Shown: in pieces, positions 31,145 to 43,012 of the stretch | How the letters are laid out: the number at the start of each line of letters is the position of its first letter | Position numbering within the stretch: position 1 is the first letter of the stretch | From: the human T2T-CHM13v2.0 reference genome, Homo sapiens | Assembly (NCBI RefSeq): GCF_009914755.1 | Contig: NC_060948.1 | Length of the DNA stretch: 64,000 nt | Reading direction: 5' to 3' (one strand) | The notes under the pieces: generated by a model | Database searches by the model: none | Told to the model about the DNA's origin: nothing | Seen by the model: the letters and a program-made list of their open reading frames with translations, nothing else | Made by a program: the position numbers and the translations under genes

Positions 31145-34100
31145 TGTTGCAGAACGCTTTCCTTACATCAAAAAAAATTGGGTTCTGGTCACATGACTAG
31201 AATATATTAAGTCAGGGACGCTCTGAAGGATGAGGAGTAGAGTTGATTGGGGAAAATGGAAAAAAAAAAAAGAAGAAGAAGAAGAAAACTTTTAACAAAA
31301 TGAGTTGGAGACCTGTTTACAGGCCCCCACCTCCCAAATTGATGAACACCAGACCATCACAGGAAACTGAAGAGTCCAGGCTTCTCCTCCCTGCACAAGA
31401 GGTGAACTTTCCATGGCTCCACTCTCTTCCCCAGTTGTGCAGGTGGATATTACTGAGAGAAAATCAGTTGGAAAAAGGAAGGCTTTATCTGGGGCCAACA
31501 GTCTGATTTTTCAGACTTCAGGCTGTTTTAAGCTTGAATGTGTGGTTTTGCCAAGGACCCTTGGCTCTTTTCTAACTCGTTATTTCCCCCCTTTAAATGA
31601 GTACATCTGACTGCCATTAGAAGAAGGATAAGGATTAGGACAAAAACAACTTTTAAGTGCTTCCTGCTGAGAGGGGGCACTTTTTTTTTTGGAAAAAAAT
31701 GGCAATCAGATCTCACTAAGAGGCCTATCTAATTGTCCCCAGTGAAATGGGCCACTGTTCAAGGCTCTGGTTGAGTGACTTTTTGAACTTTGGTAGGCTA
31801 AAAATAAAAAGAATCAAACTGGGTTATTAAAAAACATGTACTGAAATGAAACAAGGGGCAAATGGCAAGGTCAGCTCAAAATTTCCAAGGTCTTTTCCCT
31901 TGAAAAGGGAAGGTCTTTTCCCATAGAAAGAGGAAGGACAAAAACTCCAATGGAAGAAAAAAAAAATTGTTTGGCCAGCATGTCAGTCTTCTGGGTTCTT
32001 TTGCCTTGAGTTCGATCCTAAGCAAACAAGTCTAAATTTTGGGAAATTAACTCTTCCAGGCTTTGAGGATGCATCTGAGGAAAGTGTCCCATAGTATGAA
32101 GACATGATTACCTATCTGTAAATAGAGGACAGAGGAGAAAGAAAAAACAAAAAACATTATTTTCAGAGAAGTCCCAAGGGTTTAGTTTGCATTCAAAAGG
32201 CACATAGACTGAAGACAAATGGCTACTCATCTAGAAAGAGAGAAGCAGTTGTCCCTGGTTCCTTTCTCTTTCTTGCAAATTTCCAGGGTATGTTGAGGGA
32301 TAGGAGAAAAAATCTTCTCTTTCCTGCTCCTATTCTTCTATCCCCGAGTCCCAGTGATTGTAACAAGGTCCGTCCATGGGTGTCAAAGCAGCTTTCACCC
32401 ATGTTAACGGAGAGAACTAGGGTGGTTGAAATGTCTGCTCTTACCCACGTATGCCCTATCTACTCTGCTGTCAGTAGTTCTGGAGTTCACTAGACTTTAT
32501 TTATGCCAAGGACACTAGCATAATCTTTATCGATGAAATGGGAGGCTTGGCTTAATTGTCTGGAATTTGTCATGCTCACCTGCACTGTGCCTTTTATCCT
32601 CCATTATCATCTCCTTCTGGATTTCTCAGATCCGGTGTTATTTCCTAGGGCTTCAACCTGAAGCTTGAAACTGAGGTTGGGACAAAAATGTGGCTCAGGG
32701 ATTTGCATGGACTCCATATAGTTAGCTGAATTTTTAGATGAAGCTGTGGGATTGAGTCCTCTTTCCACGAGGGAGAGAAATAATGTCTTGTAACACACCC
32801 AGATATCTCGTGGCTCTAGTTATGCTTGCTAAGATTTGGGTGGGCACACTATTTATTCCCATAACAATGCAGGGTTTGCAGGATAATTGCCCAGAACTAG
32901 AATATTAATCCAGATTTTTACCAGTTTCTTTTCATTTCTTCTGAGCTGCAGTTGAATATCACTAATTGGCTTACAAGAATAAGCCGGTTTGTTCTAAAAT
33001 GTAGGAAAAATGCAAATCTAATGAGTTTAGGATTTAATGACAACCATATAATTAGTTTTGACAAATAATCTTTTCCATTCAGTTCTTTTGTTGTTGTTGT
33101 TAGAAACAAATAATGATAGAACTGAGTTCTTTGTGAAATCAGCTTTAGTCGTATGCTTGGATTCATTATTTACATAAAGCACAGCAAGAAAAATTATTCC
33201 TACATAGTTATTTTACATTGGCTTTAATAGAACTCTTCCACAAGAAATTTCAGAGAGGACTTTCTGAAGTCAAACCCAGCCATGGTTTTGTACCATCAGT
33301 TAGTTATGAGTTGGGTTATCCTCTTCTCTTATGGTCCCAAAATAAACTTGGAGCCCCTGGGCCTGTCCAAAGTGTCATTCTTTACTTACCACAGATCTGG
33401 AACCCTGCACAAGGACTCTGTAGATAAGGTATAAGGCCAGTTTATCCAAGGGGCTATTATTGGCTCTGCAAGTTGAGCTTGACTGCTTAAAGGGAAGCAG
33501 AACTTTTCAATCAAGGCCTTGATAAAACAACCAGTTTCTCTAACTGTGTCCTGTTGCAAATAAAATAGACTATTATTACACTGATTCAAACAGCTATATT
33601 GCCATAAGTTAAGAACACTCATAACTATTTTTCAAATTCTGAAGAAGCCAGGAAGAGAGAGATAAACATGATTCAAATTTTCTTCACAGGAGTACACCTT
33701 ACTCAAATATTAAAGGCTGTAAACAGCTCAAAATAAGTTTCCTTGACTATGGTAAACAATACATGAGTCAGTAATGTTACAAGCAAAAATAGGAAAGATT
33801 ACTTCATGTTTCTATCAGTCCAGTCCATTCAGTTAACTCTTGTTTTGTTTAATATTCATAAACATTTTAGCTCTTCATGGGTCCTGGTAGGTTTTTCCTG
33901 TATTCCTGTCACAGCTCCAAAGTTTTCAGAAGCCTGCATTTGTGAGCACCAGTCAAAGTTCTATAGCTGATTAAAAAACATTTTTGGAAAAATGTCAAAA
34001 CCAGATGACAATTGTCTGTGTTTAACAAAACATCCAGAGTAGTTACAGTCAGAAAGATGATTGACAAAAATTTTGGTTATGTCTATGGTTTGCAATAACT

Positions 34101-35526
34101 TAACATAACAGCATTAATTGTGGTTGACAGCATATATGTCAGACATTAGAATTTTAGAAATTCCATACAATTTAGGAACATGTATTAGTATTATTCATGA
34201 AAATGCCATCTAAAGAATATTGAAAACCATTTTTGGGATTCCTTGTAACTAAACACGTTGTATGATCCTGTATAAAGCTCTCGTGGATACTCCAGGCACC
34301 CTCTTTAGCATTCAAAAACCAGGAATTAGGAAAGACCATTTTGTAATCAAAGTTTGATTTTGAGAAGGATATTACATGTTAGGAGTTTGAAATGCTTGAT
34401 GTTATAAAATAAAATTCCAGATTACCATAAATTATTTATTTAACGAAAATAATGACCTATAAATAAAAAAGCAGAAACTTTTACATTATTTAAAAATTTT
34501 CCTTCAGAGCAGATTAGTGCCTTAAGAGTACTTTTTGTGCTTTCATTTCAATGCTCAATTTACAAAAAAACAAAAAACAAAAACAAAAAAACATATAATA
34601 TCCTCTTGAATTTAATTGATATTCACACACAGAATTTCTTGGAAAGATTTATTTTTACAATTCTTCCATAACTTGTTTGAACTTTCAGCTTTATCATCTG
34701 TAATTCAAAACGGTTGTTTGATCCTAGGCAAGAATTTATATTTGCATGCCTTCTTATAATGTTGTATTAAAAACACATTTTACCGTCCTTACACACCTTG
34801 TCTGGAAATGTACTTCCAGTGGTTTCAATTACATATTATCACGGTAAATTTTAGCAATTTTAACTTTAATGTAAAGCCAGGTAAATTGTCCTAATTATGT
34901 GCTAGGAGCAGCCATAATTAAGGGTGTGTTTAGTTCCATTTTTCCTCAGGCTTGACCAATTGTGAAGCAAAGTTGAACTGTTTTCAAAAACCAAAAAAGC
35001 AGTTATAACCTTAAAACATTCAGCAAACCTAGTATCTGACCTGCATAATTTAGTCCACCTACTCACATATTGATGACATTTGTGTTTTACTGATAATCTT
35101 AAGGCTGTTTTTATTTCTCAAGCATTAAAGTCATGTGAACTAAAACATACACATCTTTCATCTTTCCTTCAAAAATATTTGATCCAAGTGCTTATCATTT
35201 TTTCAGTAAATTTATTGGAGCTCTTTTACACACATACAGGCAGAAGAAAAACCCAGTACCTATAAGATTTTAAATCTGCCAATTTCCTGATTGAATTACT
35301 GGCCTCTCATGCATCCATTTTTTTCTTTGCTTGTGTCCCCTTCCTTGACATTTCCATGGCTCCACCTCCTTTTCCCAGTGCGCGTGTGGGCATTACTCAG
35401 AGAGAAACAGTCAGGAAAGGGCCGATTTTATCTGAAATCAGCAGTTCAATTTATCAGCCTTTAGGCTGTTTTAGGCTTAAAAGTGGAGTTTTGGCCAGGA
35501 CTCTTGACTGTCTCCTGTCTCTATTA
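31145..35526 (-). mobile_element. Non-autonomous ERV1 provirus (MER61-like LTRs, MER4-group interior), 4-bp TSD ctca
   Basis: LTR 31,145-~31,583 followed by the PPT complement tttccccccttt; matching partial LTR 35,351-35,526; ctca at 31,141-44 and 35,527-30. Confidence 0.75.
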
Positions 35527-35689
35527 CTCAAAATGAGAAAAGGTCCCTTGGCTATCTCTGGTCTCTATCACTTTACATGAAAAAAGAACAGTTTATTTAA
35601 CAAATGAGGTAGAGAATACTGAATACTCAAACAAAAAAACAATTTTTGAACCTTACCACAAGGATGAACTTAAAATGAAACAGGACTTA

Positions 35690-37232
35690 TTTTTATAGCT
35701 GTTGTAAATAATTTTTTTCTTGAACTTTTCTTTCAGATGGCTCATTCTTGGCATGTAAACATGCTCCTAATTTTGTATGTGAATTTGATATAACGCCACT
35801 TTACTGAATTTCTTTATTAATTCTCAAGATTCTTAGTGTACTATTTAGTTCTGCTATATAAAAAATTGTATGATCTGTGATCAGAGACAATCTGAATTTC
35901 TCCTTTTTCATTTGGATGTCTTTTATTTCTTTCTCTTGCAAAATGATCAGGCTGAGAATTCCAGTACTCTGTTGAATGAAAGTGGTAAAAGTAGACATCA
36001 TTGTCTTGTTCCAGATCTCAAAAGAAAAACTTTCCTATTTTCCTGTTCAGTGTGATATCAGCTAATGAATTTCATATTTTGCCTTAATTGTATTCAGGTA
36101 GATACCATCTATACCTAATTTCTTCTGTTGTTTTAATCACAAAGGCATGTTAGATTTTTCCAAATACTTTTTTTGCATCTAGAATAAAAAATAAAGGTGC
36201 CTAGCAGTAAAACTAATTAAGAAATAAACACTGTCTACACTGTAAATCATAAAACACTTATAAAGAAAGTAAGACATGAAAAGTTTGAGAGATATTTTTG
36301 CTCATTAGTTATAAAACATATTGTTAAAATGGCTTTGCCACTCAAGGGCATCTACAGATTCAATGCAAACTCTATAAAATACCAAATGACATTTTTTTCA
36401 CAGAAATGGAAAAAACAGGCCAAAAATTCATAGAAAACAAAAGAAAACCTCTCCAAATAGCCAAAGTAATCCTATGAAAAAAGAACAACCTGAAAGCATC
36501 AAAGCACCTGACTTTAAAATATCCTACAAAGCTACAACAAGCAAAAGAGCATGACACTGGCATAGAAAACAGACACATAGACCAAAGTATGCAGCGATCC
36601 CAATAGTAAATTCAGAAACCTAGGGCCAAGTAATTTTTAAGCTGTTTGGAATATGCACTTAAGAAACGACAATCTTTTCAATGAATGGTGCTAGGAAAAT
36701 TGATTATTTAAATGAATATAACTAGATGTCAACTGGTTACCTACCATATTAAAACAACTTAATTATATATAATTAGAAGACTTAAAGGTACAACTCAATC
36801 TTAAAAACTATTTGAATAAAACATAGGGAAATGATTTACAAAATAGGACAGGAAGAAAATGTAAATAAGAACTCAAAAGCATAGGCAACAAAAGCAAAAG
36901 CAGGCAAGTGAATTTAACAGAATCTAAAAAATATCACATAGCAAAAATAAATTAATAGAGTAGAGACAACTTACAGTGTGGGAGGATATATTTGCAAAAT
37001 ATACATACGACAAGGGATAATCACACAAAATATATAACAAACACAAAAGCAAAAATAACCAGAATTTAGTAATACATGAGAGACCTTAAGTGAAATTTCT
37101 CCAAGGAAGACATACAAATGGCCAAGTACCTGCAAAGATGGTCAACACTATTAATTATTAGAAAAATGCAAATTAAAGCCACAATAAGATACCAGATTAC
37201 TCCAGTTCAGATGGATATAATCAGAAATAATA
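35690..37232 (+). mobile_element. L1 with 5' inversion (inverted 35,690-36,180; sense 36,180-37,232)
   Basis: Antisense RT-region ORF 35801-36001 (QEKEIKDIQM..LITDHTIFYI); the sense part resumes at the adjacent consensus position, as expected for twin priming. Confidence 0.8.
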
Positions 37233-37239
37233 CGTTAAT

Positions 37240-38956
37240 ACGTTCCTGCCACTTTCAACAGGAGGCATTGTGACATATCTCTGGGCCTATTATTTAGGTG
37301 ATATGACTCTCCTCTTCTGCCTGGAAACTGCCTACAAGGGCCATTGTGCCACAGAGTTAGGCGTAGCCCCAAAGTTATGTGACATTTCTGCCAGGAACTT
37401 GCCTGAAAAGAGAATATTGGAATATTTCTGCCTCGGCATTTAGGTTATATGGCTGTCATGCCTGTTTCATTACCACAGAGTAAATTTTGACATATGCCTT
37501 GGCACAGCTCACAGGCATCATAATGACTCTGATATGCGGACCCCAGAAACAGGAGTTAATTTGACTTTTGTAACTTGCTCTAGAAACACGAGTGATGTCT
37601 TGGATCTCTTTCTGGTAAAAAGGCCACAGAAGATTATAACAGCCTCAGATATTTTATAAAGCCCATGACTTGTACAGAGAGTGTCTTAACAAAACCCAGA
37701 AGGATGAAATTGTAAGTTTCACATGCACACCCACCTTAAAGTAAGGACTGTCAGATCTCACATTGTCACTCATGAAAACAGGACATGTGTGGTATTATAA
37801 ATCTCATCTCTGGTATGTTCTACCAGTGTGAATGTGATACAAATATTTGCAAGCATCTGTGTGATTTGACCCTCTAGATTGGTTTCAGCCCACATAAGGG
37901 ATTGTGATCTCTACCTGGGCCAACTTCTAGATGATATGACTCTCCTCCCTTGGATGTCCTCTCAGGATTGTGACATATCACTGGATGTAAAACCCAGGTG
38001 ATGTTACAGCTTCTAGAGGATGTGACCATCCTGCCTTTGCCATTCTCTAAGGATTGTGAAATATTACCAGATCTAACACCCAGATGATGTTACATTCTTG
38101 CCTGCGCCATTTCCGCAGACATCATTGTAACATATCACTGTGTCCACCACTTAGGAAATGTAACTCTCCTCTCTGGAAAGGACCCTGAACACAGCAGGTG
38201 GTAGTAACATATTGCTAGGCCCAGGCACACAAGTGACGGTACTCTTTTGCCAGGGCTGTGTTTTAAACAGGGCATTGTGACATATCTTTGGGCATATTAC
38301 CGAGGTGATGTGACTCAAAGCTTGGGCCTCACCCACGTAAGGCACTGTGACATAAAAGTTGAACCTACACCAAGGTGATGTAACTCTTTCACCTTGATTC
38401 TATCCTAAGGGAGCCTTGCAACATATCTCAGGACCCAACACCCGGGTGATGTGGTTCTTCTGCTTGGTTTCTGTCTATGTCTTATACTGTGACGTATACC
38501 TAAAGAAGAACCTAGGTGATAAGACTCTCCTTTTCTGCCTGAGTCCTGCCTAATGGGGACACTGGGACATATCTCTGAGGCCATAACCTAACTGACATGA
38601 CTCTCTTTCCCTGCCTGGGCCTTTCAAATGGTGGAATTGTGACATATTGCTGAGCACAGCATTTAGGTCATGTGACTCTCCTGTTTTTATCTGAACCGTG
38701 CCCACAAAGAAAAATTTTGACGATTTGCACACAGAGGATGTTACACTTCTGCTACGACACTGAATAAAGAGGGAATTATTGCATACTGGTGGGCCCAGCA
38801 GCCTGATGATGCTACTGTCCTGCCTGTGCCAGAGCCACAGAGGGTATTTTGACATATCTTCGTCCCATTCTGTAGGTGTTTTAGCTCTTATCCCTTGGCT
38901 AACTTTTTCTACATGTGGAATTGAGTGATACTGCTGGACGCAGCACCCAGTTAATG
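37240..38956 (+). repeat. Beta-satellite-like array, paralog of 1,940-3,610, truncated at the junction
   Basis: Same L1/satellite join (ttcaacaggaggcattgtgacatatctctgg) and colinear monomers up to cccagttaatg. Confidence 0.88.
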
Positions 38957-39599
38957 GCCATTTGGCCACCTTCAAACCACACTGAGACGGAAGCTCGGCT
39001 TTTGTGCAGTCCAGCAGTACAGAGAAACAGCAACCCAAAGTGTTGGGTTGGGGTTGCTTCTTCCCAGAGACCAAAGCATACCACCTCCTCCGCTATCCTA
39101 GTGTGGGAAGGAGGGTCAGGATGCACATGCATCAAGCACCCAGTGCCCAGCAATCACTACCACAGGCAGCAGGGAGATGAGGCAGAAAGGGTGAGGAAAG
39201 TAGCAGTTGGAATGTGTGTGTGCAGAAAAGCTACTAACCCTCTTATTTCAGCCACAGTTAGCTCACTGCAAGCAACAGAAATCCACTCTGGGAAACCTAA
39301 GCCAAAAGGAAGATAAACTGAAGAACCAGAAGACAGAAAGGGAAGAAGGGGGATGGTGGCAGAAGGTACTTTGTGGGAGAGATGGATCTTTCTCAAACCT
39401 TTTATCCCTGCCTGTTATTTAATCATGATTGGGTTCTTTGGGAAGAGGGTACGGCTGGCCAGGGGAGAGCAGGATACCGTGAGTGGTAGCTTCCAGGCAT
39501 CTGTCTACCAACACAGGGGAAGGAAGCACGTCCCTCAAAGAAAGCCAGGATGCTGGCACCAGAAAAAGGGCGAAGGATGCTGAGCATGGGGAGGACAGA

Positions 39600-39722
39600 G
39601 ATGTCTCTTCTCTCTTTGGGACTGTATCTTGTCACCTGTAAAATGGGGGAAAACTGTGGCTACATTGTGAAAATTTAATGAGATAAAACAGCACAGTGTG
39701 GCTTATGGGAAGTCCCTAATAT
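39600..39722 (+). mobile_element. MIR fragment
   Basis: Core-like cacctgtaaaatgggg...ttgtgaaaatttaatgagataa. Confidence 0.6.
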
Positions 39723-40629
39723 ATAATAATTTTAAATAATTGTAGCTAAATAATTTTAGCTTATCATCTTAATTTTTGATTCAGCTCTCTCTGAATTTTA
39801 CATCCTAGCACAGATCAATGATCTTGCAACTCCAACCACACCATTTTGCAATTCTGAACCTCTACCTAGAGAAAGCAGTGGATCTTTATACATTCGACAC
39901 AGCCCTTCCCTCTAGAGTAATAAAAAATAAACCTAGTTTTGCATAAGTCTTTTTCTGTAGGCTGGGTCTCTGGAGTAAGTGAACCCCATGGCCAATCCAT
40001 CTGAAGTCAAGGTTAATAGGGCCGTGATACTAAAGATGTGGTATTAAAGATCTCCTTCTGGTACCGCATTCTTTATGATGCATGGCCAATTACCCACTAA
40101 GGAAGATACTGCAGCCGTAGCAATTTTATCCCAAAAGCATGTCATTTTATTTTTATTCCCACTGACAAGCACATACCTCTTTAAATAAAAAAAAAAAGAA
40201 AACGAAAGTGACTATTGCTCAAACTTACATTTTGCCCACACATTTTTCAACTCTTGGGATTGTATATTCCAGTCCGGATATGGGCACTAACCAAGCCTTT
40301 CCTGATGGATGGGCTTGGCTGTTTTCTCCATGGTTTCTTGGCTCAAATTTTTGGCAAATTACATGTTTTTGCTTAGTTTTTGGGCAAAACTAGATGTTTC
40401 TGTGGCTTTGCAGTTTTTCTCCACCAAAAGCATGAAATTTGACCAATTATTTACTGATAGAGTTATGGAAAGATGAAGCTGTGGCAGATTTCAAGTTTCA
40501 AAATCCATCTCTGGTTAATTTGTTTGAAATAATTGACTATAGGATATGGTAGATATCAATTATATGACAAACCTTTTAGGTTTTGTTTAATGTTAAAAAT
40601 AAAGTGATAATGCTGGCCTTAGCATATTA

Positions 40630-40860
40630 ATTAATGACTTTCGTTTTCATCCTAAGAACAATGGGAGCACATTAATCTTTGGCAGAAGATAAAGTGACCA
40701 GATTTGTGTTTTAACAGGTCTCTGTAGCTATTGAAAATGGACTGGAGAAGACGAATTGGAGTGAGAAGAGAGTGACAGAATCAGATAAAAATGTGCCATG
40801 TTACTATGAGCAGGAGATGAGGCAGCCTCAACCAATATGGTGCAGAGAGAAGAAAATCAC
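40630..40860 (-). mobile_element. L2 fragment
   Basis: ttttcatcctaagaacaatgggag...gtgaccagatttgtgttttaa, typical of antisense L2. Confidence 0.55.
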
Positions 40861-41080
40861 TTGAGAGAATGGATTAAACTGGGTGGTTAGCAAAGAGAAC
40901 TGAATCGAAAATTATGATAGTAAGCTAAATAATTTTACACACAAAAAGGCAGAGTTGCATTCACAATTAGTCTCTTCAGACTGAATATTACAGCCAAATT
41001 ATAACAATTGGTGTTGCAATCACTTCCCTTGGGTTTGTATCCAAGGTTAAGAATGTCAGCATCCAGAGGTCCAAATTCTT

Positions 41081-41110
41081 CTTCTTTTTTTTTTTTTTTT
41101 TTTGAGAGGC
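41081..41110 (-). mobile_element. Ultra-short poly(A) retro-insertion with 18-bp TSD
   Basis: ccagaggYccaaattctt at 41,063-80 and 41,111-28 flank cttc(T)19gagaggc. Confidence 0.8.
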
Positions 41111-42465
41111 CCAGAGGCCCAAATTCTTAATGTTTTTAGATGATAAAGTTTATTCAAGGTAGACTGTCTGTGTTGAATAATTTAGCCTCTTACAAATTTC
41201 AAGAAAAAATCTATTGTCCCTCTTCTCCACCACAGACACACTTTAATTGAACATTAAGCATATTTATTAAAGAAACATTCTCTTTTGCTTTTTCTCCCAA
41301 GAGAGATGGTGTTCTTACTCAGAGTTATAAGTGTCAGAATAAAGAATGCCCATGAGGTTGAATTGTATGATGCTACGGTAAAGTGAAATAAACATTCTCA
41401 AAAACATGATTATGACTTACAAACAAACAAACAAAAACCAACAAACAACTTTCTGTCGAGGAATTACGCTTTTGGGACAGAAACTTTCCTTTAAATTTGA
41501 ACAGCTGCATGCCGACAAAGAATATGAAAAAGGCACAACACACCGATTATGAAAACATGACTACACTTTAAGAGAACACAGAATTTTTCAGATCCATCTT
41601 AAATCTCAGGAGTTCTAGACCGAGACAGGAATGAGTGCTCTTGTTGCTAAAATCACTCTGATGTGCTTCTTGTTAAACAATTCACTCAGCAACATTACAG
41701 ATTAGCACACACACACAAAAATTGTTTGTAGGTGAAAAATTGTTTGGAAAAGGACACCTTATTAGCCATGTTATCTACTTACAAATAAAAGCCGATTTTT
41801 GGCTCTCCTGAATGAAAAGAAGGGTAATTGGAGGATATCTGGGGCTTACTAACTTGATTTTAGGCCAGGGGTGTCCCAGAATCAGGGAGCTCCTGAAGAG
41901 GGGCCTTGTCATAGGAACTACCTGATCTGAGCTTCTCCTCAGTCCGAGATGTACCAAGGCCACTGCTTGCCCCGTGTTTACAGGATTCAGAGTCTTCAGG
42001 GAAAGTTGAGCCCAAGTGGTAGAGTCTTCTTCCCCAGCTGTGTTCTCACCTCCCAAAGCCCCACACAATGGAAAATCCCTCAAGAGGAGGCAGTCACAGA
42101 GAGAAGTGGAGGCCAGGTGGCCTCCAAATGATCAATGTCATACAGGGCTCCTGTCTGCTCTACGGCCACCTCTCAAGTTGTTCTTTCCTAGGTTCCTTCT
42201 TAAATTTGATAGATTTATCCAAAACAGGTATGAATTCAGATCCTACCAATTTAATATTGCAAGAACTCACCCAGGGGAAGGAATAGAGCTTAACAGTAAT
42301 GTTGAAAAAGAAAAAGGAAATTTTTAATAAACAAAAGGTATCAATAAAATGGAGGACTCTTTATCTACTTAATTAACTGTTTGGTGACCCTGATGAATTT
42401 AATGATACTCAAACCACCTAAGTAAGTGAGCTACTGGGACTGAAATTTTGGCTCTCTCTCTCTCT

Positions 42466-42757
42466 TTCTTTTTTTTAGAGAGGGTCTTGCTCTGTCATCC
42501 AGGCTGGAGTGCAGTGACATGATCAAATCTCACTGCAGCCTCCAAATCTCAGGCTCCAGCAATCCTCTCATCTCAGCCTCTCAGATAGTCAGGACTACAG
42601 GTACATGCCACCATATCTGGCAATTTTTTAATTTTTATTTTTTGTAGAGACAGGGGCTCACTGTGTTGCCCTGGCTCAAACTTCTAGCCTCAAGTTATCT
42701 TTCCATCACAGTCACCCATAGTACTGGGATTACTGGCACGATCCCCTGTGCCTGGCC
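42466..42757 (-). mobile_element. AluJ
   Basis: agagggtcttgctctgtcatccaggctggagtgcagtg...ctcactgcagcctcc. Confidence 0.88.
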
Positions 42758-43012
42758 TTTCTTTGTTAAAATTCGCCTCTAAGTGGCAGCCCTTGAAATG
42801 TATTTCTAAACTGCTGTGAACAATTAAGTTTGATTTTTTTAAAAAAGTAAGAAGAAACCCGATTATTCAGACCTTGCACTAATTCAGGCTTTCCTTCCTA
42901 CCAACCAGCCCCTTTTAAGATGGTCTCATGAGTTATTAGCATCTTCATCAATGTGTCAACAAGAATGACTACCTACATCTGCACAACAGTTTTCAAGATA
43001 TTTCCATGGTTA

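Noticed and set aside
38550-39316. 174-aa and 133-aa ORFs crossing the junction as a possible chimeric gene
   Set aside because: Non-ATG starts, no recognisable domain, partly satellite; chance ORFs unless expression is shown.
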